Assembly: GCA_964016885.1 (NCBI GenBank)
Contig: OZ024749.1
Span: 34,720,001-34,784,000, forward strand
Direction: 5' to 3'
Length of the DNA stretch: 64,000 nucleotides
Source: Eledone cirrhosa
Taxonomy: Eukaryota
Shown here: in pieces, positions 26,285-38,269 of the stretch
Layout of the letters: every line of letters begins with the position of its first letter
How positions within the stretch are numbered: position 1 is the first letter of the stretch
Made by a program: the position numbers and the translations under genes
The notes under the pieces: generated by a model
Told to the model about the DNA's origin: nothing
What the model saw: the letters and a program-made list of their open reading frames with translations, nothing else
Database searches by the model: none

Positions 26285-26312
26285 GCTACTACCACCATCA
26301 CTACTACTACTA
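26085..26312. repeat. (CTA)n/(CCA)n compound trinucleotide microsatellite
   Basis: Read directly from the sequence. Confidence 0.95.
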
Positions 26313-26488
26313 CATGCTTTATTGCAATACAATACACCACGCAGCTGAACTCTTTTGCTACCATATTTCTAGTGAAAGACATTGCCTATGATTTTCAAAT
26401 CATTGTGACAATAATCAAGAATTTGGAGAGATTTAGTAATATAACTAATTTTATCAATGTTAAAACTGGTGTTTGGAACATAACTTAA

Positions 26489-26700
26489 CCCTTTAGCATT
26501 TAAATCGGCTACATCCATTCAGAATTCTCTCATCTCTTTCTGTTCAAACTGGCTATAACTGACCACTCATACTGATGTTAAGGTATTGTTCTCAAAATAA
26601 ATAATATCAAAATCTCATAGATTCGATATTATGAGAGATAATTTTGTCAAATACTGTGAAAATACAATAGTGAATATAGAGTAATGTAAATGCTAAAGGG
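26489..26700 (+). mobile_element. piggyBac-type MITE nested at a TTAA of an older repeat
   Basis: TTAA at 26485 and 26701; the flanks rejoin as GGAACATAAC-TTAA-CAAA, as in uninterrupted copies of the older repeat (e.g. 51548). Confidence 0.9.
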
Positions 26701-27080
26701 TTAACAAAAGTTAGAGTGTTTTTAGGTAAATATGAATACTTTAAAACAAATACTTCTGTTTCATAGAACGTTTGGTTATCTCATGCAGTTTGGTATTAAA
26801 ACAGTTAAAAGAAACTGCTTCAGAAAATTTTAGTTGACAGTGCATAAAACTAACCCAAACTAATCCTACATAAAACTAACCCAAACATTTTAAGATTAAT
26901 AAAGGGAGTTGTATTAATAGTACAACACACACATACACACATATATATATATTGCTTCAATTCTTCCTAGCTGAGGAAAGGAGTGTTAAATTATGATGGT
27001 GTGTGTATATATATATATAGTGAAGAGGGTGAATTCCAATGGTAAGCCCAGCCATTTCAACAAGTATTTCCAAGGGAATA

Positions 27081-27117
<37 letters not shown>

Positions 27118-27121
<4 letters not shown>

Positions 27122-27520
27122 ACCCCTTAGCCTTTGTCAAGGCAGAATTCTAGGAGAAGGAAAACTCTGATATAACACCTGCAACCCTGATGGTATCCAA
27201 TGATGTTGACTTGTTCTTCTTTTTGGTAAATATCATCTTGGTTAAGAGAGTGGGACTGGCTTTGTGCAGTGCCTTTGCTCACTATAAAAGCTTCACGGCA
27301 CAGGCATTGCTTTATATCTGGAGATCTCTCTGCACTTGTCATCACATGGTACCATGGGCCCAGCACTATGTGTCAATAATTGTCACAAGTGTAGTGTTTG
27401 TACCAGAGTTTTCAAGTCGCTGGCTGGACTAAAAAGTCACACTTGTTCAGCGCATCGGTAGGGGTTCTCCTACATGGATATAAAGTAGTGGCCGTACTCG
27501 AAAACGAGTTGGCAGCCACC
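27118..27520. mobile_element. Retroelement relic in (TA)n, possibly an RTE 5' UTR
   Basis: CTAGGAGAAGGAAAACTCTGAT resembles a motif I associate with RTE 5' UTRs; otherwise unassigned. Confidence 0.35.
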
Positions 27521-27544
27521 ATATATATATATATATATATATAA

Positions 27545-27576
<32 letters not shown>

Positions 27577-27746
27577 ATGTGTGTATATATATATATATAC
27601 ACACAATGCTATGTTTTACTGTTATTATACCTAAATATAATTTGTATAAATGAAGCTCTGAAAATAATATGGTTTTTAGCCCATTGAGTTATTTATGGTG
27701 TAATATGATTGGAATAATTTTATTGTCATCTGTTTTTATTACACAC

Positions 27747-27814
<68 letters not shown>

Positions 27815-27820
<6 letters not shown>

Positions 27821-28004
27821 GTTGGCTGAAAGGTTCATAGGCTGTCCAAGATACTTTCATGGAATGACCAAATGAGGTTTATTTTTTAACATAGTCCCTG
27901 GAGAGAAATAATGCAGTTATTAATAAGAGTTGAAAATAATACATGCAAGATTTCAAGTATCACTCTTTTGTAGTCAGCCTAAGAACTTTTCAGTCGACCT
28001 TCGT
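27815..28004 (+). mobile_element. Mariner-type MITE (~190 bp)
   Basis: TA-flanked TIRs AAGGGTTGGCTGAAAGGTTCATAGGCTG / CAGCCTAAGAACTTTTCAGTCGACCTTCG. Confidence 0.8.
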
Positions 28005-28016
28005 ATATGTGTACAT

Positions 28017-28708
28017 ATCATCATCATCATCATCATCATCAGGTTTAGCGTCCGTGTTCCACGCTTGCATGGGTTTGGACGGGGGTTTTCCCACTTGAGG
28101 CAAGAGTGGTTGTCTTGCTCGCATGGGACTGTCTGGCGGGTTTTCTACAGCTGGATGCCCTTCCTAACACCAACCACATTTACAGTGTGGGGCTGGGAGG
28201 TTTTTACCGTGTTGCCTACACGGCCACATTACAGCGTGGACTGTCTGGCGGGTTTTCTACAGCTGGATGCCATTCCTAACACCAACCACATTTACAGTGT
28301 GGGGCTGGGAGGTTTTTACCGTGTTGCCTACACGGCCACATTTACAGCGTGGACTGTGTGTTTTTTGTCGTGACACCTACACGATCTCATTTGTTTCGGC
28401 CTGGATGTTGTGGGACCAACATAACTTTACATTGAAAGGGGCGGTGTGGGTGGGGTGGAGGTGGTGGGACGGGGGTGTGTTTTGATAGAGATGCCTACTG
28501 ACTGTAGTAGGTTTTTACTTTGTATTTAGGTAAGGCGGGTCTTCTCTATTACTGAGTACCGCCAAAGGTCTCGGTCCAGTGACATTGTCTTGGAGAGGTG
28601 TAAGCGTGTGAGGTCGGAATTTATCAGCTCGTCCCATGTTTTTCTGGGTCTGCCTACTCCGTGGCTACCGTCTATCTTTATTGCCCTGCACTTTGTTATA
28701 CAGCTGTC
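28017..28708 (-). mobile_element. RTE family B: ORF C-terminus plus ~490-nt SINE-like 3' UTR; longest copy in the window
   Basis: CITKCRAIKIDGSHGVGRPRKTWDELINSDL...DRDLWRYSVIEKTRLT* (RTE GRP..TW / DR..WR motifs), followed by the UTR and (ATG)n. Confidence 0.85.
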
Positions 28709-28749
28709 ATATATATATATATATATATTCGCACACACACATACAATGC

Positions 28750-28895
28750 ACTTCTGCAGTTTTGGTTTACCAAATTCACTCACAAGGCATTGGTCAACTT
28801 GAAGTTATATTATAAGCCCATGATGTCACACAATGTGACTGAACCTGAAACAACATGGTTGCAGAACAAACTCTTTACCCATAAAGTCATGCCTG
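28750..28895 (-). mobile_element. Degenerate tRNA-SINE of a further family; also 24835-24972(-) and 54910-55030(+)
   Basis: Shared AATT(C/T)CACTCACAAGG block with a decayed tRNA-like head. Confidence 0.6.
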
Positions 28896-29095
28896 AGTTT
28901 ATAGATAGATATTTTATATTTTATTACTGCCTAGAGTGTATATAAATGTTTTCAGTGTTTGGTTGTACTGCCAGCACTATAAACAATACAAGACTTATGT
29001 ATATATATATGTATATATATATGTGTGTCTGTGTCTGTATGTGTGTGTATATATATATATGGTTGTGTATATATATATATAAATATATATATATC

Positions 29096-29186
29096 GTGTC
29101 CCAAAAAATGTATACACACTTCAACAGCATTCTAATAAATATTGCCTGTATAGGTAATCAAAGTGTGTATACATTTTGGGGACACA
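29096..29186. mobile_element. Minimal Tc1-like MITE (~90 bp)
   Basis: GTGTCCCAAAAAATGTATACACACTT / AAGTGTGTATACATTTTGGGGACAC inverted termini in a TA context. Confidence 0.65.
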
Positions 29187-29757
29187 CCCTCTCTCTCTAT
29201 ATATATGTGTGGGTGGGTGTGGGTGTGTATCCATTCAAATATTAATGTCAAGCATCATCAGAGATGATAGATAGCCAAACCTTTATAGATTGTTAATGGC
29301 TCTAGACTCTGTAACATTGTCACTGGTTGAACATATGTTTAGCCTTTTATTGGTTTATTACTCTACTTTAACAGCTCGATTTTCTCTCTCAGGTGAAGAA
29401 GTTTGAAGAACTCTTGCCACAAACCTTTGCCTCACCACCAACCACCGTCACCAGCCCTCACCAACCCTCATTCAGCGTCACCTACCTTTACCAACCTTCA
29501 CCCAATGTCACCCACCTGTTTTATAAGCCTGCAGCTAGAAATAAATGTCAGTGATGTGACTCTGATGTCACACTATGTGCCAATGATGTGACTCTGATGT
29601 CTCCAGAACATTAAGTAGGGGTGGGGGTCTTGATTGGGCTGTCGCATTTGTTCATGGCACTAATACTACCAGATAAATAAGTCATAAATGTTAGAGATTG
29701 ACTGGAGGATTGTTTTGTTATAATGAAATTGAACATATTTAGTTAACATTATATCGA

Positions 29758-30340
29758 AGGGCAGTATCAGTAGAGGGTCGGACGCCATGCTTTCTAGCAT
29801 AGAGTTACGTCCCTTTACGGACTGAGTTCAAATCCCTCCAAGGTTAACTTTGCCTTTCATCCTTACGGGGTCGATAAAATAAAGTACCAGTAATGTACTG
29901 GGTAATTGCTGGCCTTGTGCCAAAAGTAGAAACAATTATATAGTTTTTAACTTTAGGGCGGTGGATTGGCAGTATTGGGAGAGGGTCGGACGCCATGCTT
30001 TGACGTATAGAGTTACGGCCCTTGCCATTCTCAGTTCAAATCCCGCCAAGGTTAACTTTGCCTTTCATCCTTACGGGGTCGATAAAATAAAGTACCAGTA
30101 ATGCACTGGGTAATTGCTGGCCTTGTGCCTAACGTAGAAACAATTATTAAGGGTGGTGGATTGGCAGTATTGGTAGAGGGTCGGACGCCATGCTTTCCAG
30201 CATAGTTACGTCCCTTTACGATCTGAGTTCAAATCCCGCCGAGGTTGACTTTGCCTTTCATCCTTACGGGGTCGATAAAATAAAGTACCAGTAATGCACT
30301 AGGTAATTGCTGGCCTTGTGCCTAAAGTAGAAACAATTAT
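29758..30340 (+). mobile_element. Three head-to-tail copies of a ~185-bp tRNA-SINE. Other copies: 22389-22590, 36255-36440, 37797-38262, 40490-40692(-), 48058-48237(-), 56504-56566(-), 58770-58950(-), 59029-59118
   Basis: A box TGGCAGTAT(C/T)GG; B box GAGTTCAAATCC; conserved GCCTTTCATCCTTACGGGGTCGATAAAATAAAGTACCAG domain; AGAAACAATT end. Confidence 0.9.
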
Positions 30341-30389
30341 ATAGTTTTTAACTATTGACAATATATGGAGACATCTATAAAGATATGTT

Positions 30390-30737
30390 TTATGGGCAAA
30401 GAACCCATTCGGTCATGAATGCCCATAGGATTTGCACCTAGAAAGTACACCTCTGAGGCACAAGTCCAGGCAAGGGGTTTTTGTGGAAGACCAGCAGTTG
30501 CCCAACCATACCAATCTCCCCTCTCCATGCCACCGATGTTGTCCAAGAGAACAGCAAAAGTTGATACAGCTTGACACGAGTGATGTCACAACCCATTTCT
30601 GCAGTTAAGTGAACAGGAGCAGCATGAATTAAAATGTCTTGCTCAAGGACACAATGCTTTACCCAGTCCAGGAATTGAACTCACAACCTCACGATTGTAA
30701 ACCCAACAATTCTAACCACTAACCCATGCACCTTCAT
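30390..30737 (-). mobile_element. CORE-type SINE with another tail variant
   Basis: Reverse tRNA head at 30665-30737 and a TGTCTTGCTCAAGGACACA CORE-like block. Confidence 0.7.
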
Positions 30738-31235
30738 GATATCTTATATCTTTATAGATATAACAATATTTTATATGTATAAATATAACAATATCTTACA
30801 AATACGGATATAAAAATATCTTATACTATATAGAGCTGCTTCTAACTGTTTATTTATCTTCTTGGATTGTCTTAGTATAGCTTTCTTCTGTATGTTGGAT
30901 CAGACACCATATCACACTTGCTTAGATAGCCAATATATATATGTTAGCCAACTAACAGAGAACGAAGGACAAACACAGACAGAAATATGAACTCTCCTCT
31001 CTAAATATGTATGTAAAAACTAATAATTTTTCTTCCCCTTTTTATTATTTGTATAAATATGCAACATAACTATATTATGCATATCCACAGTTGAAAAAGC
31101 ATATAATGTTGAAACTGGTATTATTAAATGCAGAAATATCCACTTTATTAATAAATGTTTTGATATTATACTGAAAGAATCTCTTCAGCATTTTCTACTG
31201 AAAAAATCTTTTTCCTCTCTGCTATTTTGCTATTT

Positions 31236-31296
<61 letters not shown>

Positions 31297-31299
<3 letters not shown>

Positions 31300-32597
31300 G
31301 GTGCAGACGATATTTGTTCGCAAGATTACTGTCTGAAAAAGTAACACAGTAGTTTTATTTTTTAAGATATATTTATCAAACTTGGGTCAGTTTGTCTTCA
31401 TGACTTGTTCTTTCAATCTCACTCGATAAACCCGTCATTGGCTTTGATGACGGCCTCAAGGTGGCCTCGGAATCGGCTACAGGCCTTCATCACTCTCGCC
31501 CAACTTAGGGCCCTAAAGGCACTTGTGAGCCTGGCCTTCAAATCGTCTTTCGTATTGCAGCTAGATCTGTTGGTGTCTCGTTCCACTGCACCCCACACAA
31601 AGAAGTTGAGGGGGTTGCAGTCAGGCGAGCTGGGAGGCCAGATGTAAGGTGAAGTGTGGTTGACAAAGTTCTCTGACAGCCAGGCTTGGGTCTTTCGGCT
31701 GGTATGGTAGGGCGCTGAGTCTTGCTGCCACTTGTACAGCCTACCTGCAGCTACCTGGTCGATCCAGGGATTTACTACCTCGCTCAGAACGCGGATGTAG
31801 CCATCGGTGTTCAGCTTGAGGCCCTCAGGGAAGAAGTAAGGTGGCATGACATCACCTTGACTGCTGACGACACCTAAGACCAATGTTGTTGCTGGAAACT
31901 TTGTCTGCATGACTCTGGGCACGTCTTTGGATGAGACAGCGAGCCACCTGTTGTTCTGGGAGTTGATCTTTTGGTCTTGGCAGAAGTTTTTGTCGTCGGA
32001 GAAAAACGACAGCATGTCTCCAGTGGGTGTTTCAACTGGTTGATCAGCTTCTTTGCATGCTTCAGTCGATTTTCTTACATCGTCTTTGACAGAAATTGTC
32101 CTTTCCTCATCTTGTATGAAACATAGCGAATATCTTCATGTACCTCCAGCCTAATGAGCTTTTCATCTACGCCTTTCTCCCTTGCAATGGCACGCATCGA
32201 CTTGCTAAGTTCATTGTTGATGATATCCTGAACTTCAGCGACGAACTCGGGCATTCTGAAGGCGTCAGATTGTCGATCATGTGTTTTCCTCTCTGATGTT
32301 GCTTCGTAGTCGAATCCTGAATCTTCCAATTCCTTTCTGACCTTTTCCACCATTTTCCTGCTGACGCTGAGAAAGTCTGAAATTTCCTTATTTGTCCTCC
32401 CGGCGCGGATTCCAAGAAGAACTCTGTGTCTCTTCCACAAATTTGGAGGTTCAAAATTATTCATAATCAATTATTCTGAAAATAAATAATAGAAATATAG
32501 TCACTGTTTTTATGAAGACAAGAGTGACAACGGAAGTAAAAAAAATGTGCATAAAATTAGCAGTTGAAAATTGCGAACAAATATCGTCCACACCCTG
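31297..32597 (-). mobile_element. Full-length DD37D (maT-type) Tc1/mariner transposon, 1301 bp
   Basis: 27-bp TIRs CAGGGTG(CA/TG)GACGATATTTGTTCGCAA at 31297-31323 and 32571-32597; TA on both sides; internal transposase. Confidence 0.95.
31419..32464 (-). pseudogene. DD37D transposase pseudogene
   Basis: N-terminal HTH region, then FSDDK, QQDSAPYH and WPPSSPDCNPLNF, with 37 residues between D2 and the third catalytic position (N here). Premature stop at 32075 and a frameshift near 32015. Confidence 0.9.
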
Positions 32598-32611
32598 TAT
32601 ATATATATGTA

Positions 32612-32780
32612 TGGCAACACTCATCTTTTTCCATTTCTCCGAGGGTTATAAACCCCACTATCAGGCTAGAAATTTCTTTAGTCTAAAATACGGTGAAAGC
32701 TTATAATTTCTAATTTCTAATTTTCAAACTCACGCACCGTTTCAAAAACATACTTACATGTTTACATTTATAATTTACTT
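32612..32780 (-). mobile_element. Second copy of the Penelope-like fragment at 3568-3731
   Basis: Near-identical reverse complement; flanked by TA runs. Confidence 0.7.
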
Positions 32781-32862
32781 ATATATATATATATCGTCAT
32801 TTTAACATCAGCTTTCCCTGATATGTATATCAGGGAAGGTGGATGTTAAAACGATAATGTTG

Positions 32863-32893
<31 letters not shown>

Positions 32894-33157
32894 CGTCGTT
32901 TTAACATCAGCTTTCCCTGATATATATATATATTTATATTTAGTGACTTCAAATAACAATAGCTTACTTTATCATTATGTTGGGGGTGGGGAAGTTGGTG
33001 TTGGCTGATTGATACACCTACAATTACTGCACTGTTTCATTCTGAAATTCATTGCTGATGATAACTTGACAGATGGAAATACCTTTTTCAAGATAAAGCA
33101 CAACATTCTTGAAATAGATAAGGAATAATTTCTACATATTTGTTCACTATTGTAATA

Positions 33158-33273
33158 AAGAATCTAGCTAATACTAAAGTGGGTAAATACAGGTATAAGA
33201 AACTAGCTAATACCAAGGTGGATTAATACAGGTATAAGAATCTAGTTAATACCAAGGTTAATTAATACAGGTT
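33158..33273. repeat. 39-bp tandem repeat, 3 copies
   Basis: AAGAA(T/A)CTAG(C/T)TAATAC...AATACAGGT starting at 33158, 33197 and 33236. Confidence 0.85.
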
Positions 33274-34134
33274 TATGTTCTTCATATATCCACGGATGCA
33301 AACCCTTAGATACTTCATTAGTGTTGCATCCTGGTGTCATTGGATGTTTCAGAGGGTATTACAACATACATCCTCATCCAGGTGACCTGATTACAGGTGC
33401 ACATAACTGGATACATCATTAATGTTGTATTGGAGTCCCCAAGTGTTTTTCTGGTATATCTTACAACATACACCTTCATCCCGGTGACCTGACTTTAAAT
33501 GAAGGTGATGATGATGATGGCAAATACTTTAAAACAAACAGTTTTGTATGATAGAATTAGGGGTAGTCTCAGGTGGTTTGGTATTGAAAGGGTTAAATGT
33601 TTTATGTGAATTATTGAAAATATTATCGAGGATAGTTGTTTGTGATGTAATGAAACTGTTGCAAGTGGTTTTAGAACTCAGATACATTCACATGATTAAT
33701 CCCACATCCGCCAGAAAACCCTATATCTAAAAATAACAGACTTTAGAAATTAGCTTTCATTTACAGGAAAACTGGAACGGAAATACATTAGTTTCTGCTA
33801 ATTAATGTTTGATACAAAATATTCCCATCCCACCCTATCACCTCACCCCCACCTCACAACCACCAGCAACAACACATAAGGTGTGTGTGTGGGGGGGGGT
33901 CTATACTTAATAGCAAGGGACGTACATACATCATCAACCATACATATATTAATGTGGAGGGGACTCAGTGTTAAAAGCTGTGCCATTACTAACATAGTTT
34001 TCTCTGGAGAGTATGTCAGTATGTCGACAGTGTGACAAATAGGGCACGTAAAAAATTGACTCCCATTTAGGATCTCCATCTGAAAATCAATAGTAATTAA
34101 CATAAATTACTATCGTAATACTGAGTTCACGACT

Positions 34135-34997
34135 GGTTATTTAGCGCCCTAGGCTAACTCTACAATGTATGCCTGGGTATTTATCACCCTAAACTAGCTC
34201 TGCAATGTGTGTCTGGGTATTTAGTACCCTAGGCTAGCTCTACAATGAATGCCTGGGTATTTATCACCCTAAACTAACTATATAATGTGTGCCTAGGTAT
34301 TTAACACCCTAGGCTAACCCTACAACATGTGCCTGAATATTTAGCATACTAGGCTAACCGTACAATGTGTGCCTGGGTATTTAACATCATAGGTTAGCTC
34401 TACAATATTTACTTCCAAGTAGCTCTTTAATGCGTGCCTGGGTATTTAGCATCCTAGGCTAGCTCTATAATGTGTGCTTGGGTATTTAACATCCTAGGCT
34501 AGCTCTATAATGTGTGCCTTGGTATTTAACATCCTAGGCTAGCTCTATAATGTGTGCCTTGGTATTTAACATCCTAGGCTAGCTCTACAATGTGTGCCTG
34601 GGTATTTAACATCCTAGGCTAGCTCTATAATGTGTGCCTGGGTATTTCACATACAAGGCTAGCTCTACAATGTGTGCCTGGGTATTTCACATACAAGGCT
34701 AGCTCTACAATGTGTGCCTGGGTATTTCACATACAAGGCTAGCTCTACAATGTGTGCCTGGGTATTTCACATACAAGGCTAGCTCTACAATGTGTGCCTG
34801 GGTATTTCACATACAAGGCTAGCTCTACAATGTGTGCCTGGGTATTTCACATACAAGGCTAGCTCTATAATGTGTGCCTGGGTATTTCACATACAAGGCT
34901 AGCTCTATAATGAGTGTCTGTATATATTTACTGCTTCCGGCCAGCTCAATAATGTGTTCCTGGGTATTTAGTACCCAAGGCTAACTTTACAAAGTGT
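34135..34997. repeat. 40-bp minisatellite, ~21 copies
   Basis: Unit GGTATTTCACATACAAGGCTAGCTCTACAATGTGTGCCTG; homogeneous core, degenerate edges. Confidence 0.95.
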
Positions 34998-37900
34998 TCT
35001 CTTATTTCCCAGTTTTGCATCCCATTTTCCTAAATATAATTATTGCAACTTACAGACAAACCTAGTTTATGACACTTCTTGCTTTGATCACAATAAGCCT
35101 CCATTTTCTACTACACAGCCGACTCTCACTTGCACCGACTCATGTGAGAAGTCATAACACCATAAGACCCTCTCCATGACTTTGCTATGGAGCAATGTGA
35201 CTGAATTATTACATCAGAAATCATCAGATATCCACCTTATTTTGTCAGTCTATATACTCCATCATCTCACTAAGTATGCTGCACCTTCGCTGCACTGTTT
35301 CAGTATTAATTTATCAGAAATTTTAATCAGTTTATTATCTTCTCCAAAACATTCTTCTTCGTCATCTCTTTCTTGCTGTGTATATCTTTTTCTTTCTATC
35401 TTTCTTACTTTATCTCTATTTCTCTCTCTATCTCTCTTTCTTTCTATAACCATGTAGCTCTCTTTCTCTCCTCTCTACCTATTGCTATTTGTACCTTATT
35501 CTGTACCTCTCTGTCTCTTTCCATTCTCTCTCCCCTACACCTCTCCCTCCCTCCCTCCCTCTCTGTCTCCTCCTCTATATCTTCCTCACTCTGCTATCTC
35601 TCCATCACCTGTTCCTTCCCTCTATCTCTCTCTCTCTCCCCCCCCCTCCATCACTTTCTCTCCCATCCATCCCTTCCCTCTCTCTAAAGAAATACATCAA
35701 CCATCACCAACCAACAGACTGTCAAGCAGAACTGATACAAAAGTAAACAATTAATGTTTATATTAAAAACTATTTATATATTCACGCCTATGAACAGTTA
35801 ATAGTTGAAGTACACATACACACAACACACAGACACACACACATATCTGTATATATGTATATATATATATATATATATCATCATCATCATCATCATCATC
35901 ACTGTTTTACGACTGTTTTTTCTGTGCTTGCATGGGTTATATATATATATATATATATATTCTTAGACCTTGGATATCTCCCTTGAATACTCAGTGGACA
36001 ATATATGTTTCTGGTTGAGATACGACATGGTCAAACCATTAGAGTAAATTATTTCTGGAAGACTTGTATACTTGTTTCAATCCTAGTGTCTTGATTTATA
36101 GTTATTTACTTTTAAATATTTGCTGCTTGTAATCTGGGCTGTGTCATCGCAGGGTCGGGTCTCTAGCCGTTCAGGTATTTCAGGCTAATGTCCCCTGGTA
36201 CTTCAATCTTTCACCCCACTACACGTGACTGCCTGATCTTGGCACAATATATTTGTGGATTGGCAGTATCGGTAGAGGATCGGACTCCATGCTTTGACGC
36301 ATAGAGTTATGTCCCTTGCCATTCTGAGTTCAAATCCCGCCGAGCTTAACTTTGCCTTTCATCCTTACAGGCTCGATAAAATAAAGTACCAGTAATGTAC
36401 TGGGTAATTGCTGGCCTTGTGGCAAAAGTAGAAACAATATATTTAATTAACCTGTTGATGCCAAAGTACCTGAAATTACTTCTGATTCTGAAATACAAAT
36501 CAGTATATTTTAAAATGTTTATATATTTATCTACAAATCTGCCATGATAATTTTATTTAAGAGTAATTGTTATGTTCTAAACATCATCTTAATAATGGGA
36601 AAGCTATTCCTTAAAATTCATGATTATATTTTTAATTATTTGAAAATTATAATTAGTGTTCCTGCAGCATGGTCCCAGTCATGTATGCACTACTCCAAAA
36701 TGGGTTGCATGTGAACCATGTAGTGGTTTTCAGCAAATGGTTAGCATTAATTATTTTCTAGCTCTAAAGATGAAACCTGTCTTGAGGTGGAAATGGCTAA
36801 TGAAGGCACCTGAGAACTTGATTTTGTTAGTGTGTGGGGAGGGGGGGACATAAACGATTTTAAAGTTTACATTTTACTCTTAGATGAGAATTATCAAAGG
36901 ACTTAATTAAAATTAAATTATTTAAGTTTCATTTCCTACATCCTTAGTATCTATAGTTAAATATTTGTACTTCCATTTCTTGTTAGTTAAGGCGGCTTTT
37001 TGGCAAACTTTTTGCATGATGGATAGAATATTGGCGGTAATTTTATGTAAGAACCTTTAAATTATATTCCAAGCATCAGATAAATAATAAGAGAATTAGT
37101 TTTATTACAAAACCTCTCTAAATTCTTGTTTAGTTTCTGATTTAAGTGGAAACTATAGGCAGTGTCTTTCATTAGAAATATGGTAATGAAAGGGTTGAAC
37201 TTTCTGTAGTTGATGGCTGAGGTGTGTGTCTGCCTGTCAAATGTAATTTTGTAATGTCTCTCAGTTGAAGTAGAGGAGACACCGTTAGTGCAATGTCAAT
37301 GTTTTGTTTTTCGATTCCTCTTTGACTACACTCATTACTCCTTGTTGAACAACTAGATAATACTTGGTTCCACTTAGTGCAATGTCAAATATCATTTCTA
37401 TTTACAGAAGTCCTCTTTCTTTCCACCACACTATTGACATCTGCTTTTCAGTAGTGAACTCCATCGCTTGGGGTTCACATTAAGTAAAATGATGGCCTTG
37501 TGCCTAAATTAAAAACCATTATTATTGTTACTGATATTATTGTTATTATTATTATTATTACAGTTGCATTTATCTTGCTTTATGTTCATACGAGTTATCA
37601 CCAAGTCACAACCAGTGACCTCAAGAGACAACAAGGTCCGCCATGTTCAAGAAAGAACATACATACTCACACATGCATCTTTAGTGTTTAGACTTGTGAT
37701 GTACTTATATTGACAGAATCTTCCTTAGTATATGGGCAGTTCCCATTAGTACTATCTTTTGTATTATTATTATTATTATTGTTATTATTATTGTTATTAC
37801 GGGGTCGATAAAATAAAGTACCAGTAATGCACTGGGTAATTGCTGGCCTTGTGCCTAAAGTAGAAACAATTATTATTGTTACTGTTATTATTGTTATTAT

Positions 37901-38269
37901 CATTATGATTATTAAGGCAGTGGATTATAGAGGGCGGTGAATTGGCAGTATCGGTAGAGGGTCGGACACTTTCCAGCATAGTTACGTCCCTTTACGGTCT
38001 GAGTTCATTATGATTATTAAGGCAGTGGATTAGCAATATCCGTAGAGCATTGGACAATATGCTCTGCATATAGTTATGGTCCTTTACATTCTGAGTTCAT
38101 ATCCTGCCAAAGTTAGCTTTGCCTTTCATTCTTATGAGGTCAATAAAATAAAGCATCAGTAAAACACAGGAGTCAATTTAATCGACTTGCACCCCCACCC
38201 CCCCACCCATCCACCCACCCCAAAAAAATGTTTGCCTTGTGCCTATAGTAGAAACCATTATTATCTTTA

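Noticed and set aside
25993-26391. Poly-Y/H, poly-L/P and poly-S/G ORFs; likewise poly-E at 53041-53301 and poly-D at 63761-63946
   Set aside because: They are trinucleotide microsatellites with no coding context.
31085-31195. Two hammerhead-like remnants (TTGAAAA..GAAACTGGTA on plus; CTGAAGA..AAAAC on minus)
   Set aside because: Each has multiple core mismatches and no stem I, so they cannot be distinguished from chance in AT-rich DNA.
35990-36055. Minus-strand stem II-GAAA-CATATATTG-TC half hammerhead
   Set aside because: There is no CUGANGA or stem I partner, and no second copy to support it.
36656-36853. Possible small host exon (..VCTTPKWVACEPCSG..)
   Set aside because: The acceptor is weak, there is no recognisable domain, and no partner exons were found; it would need RNA-seq.
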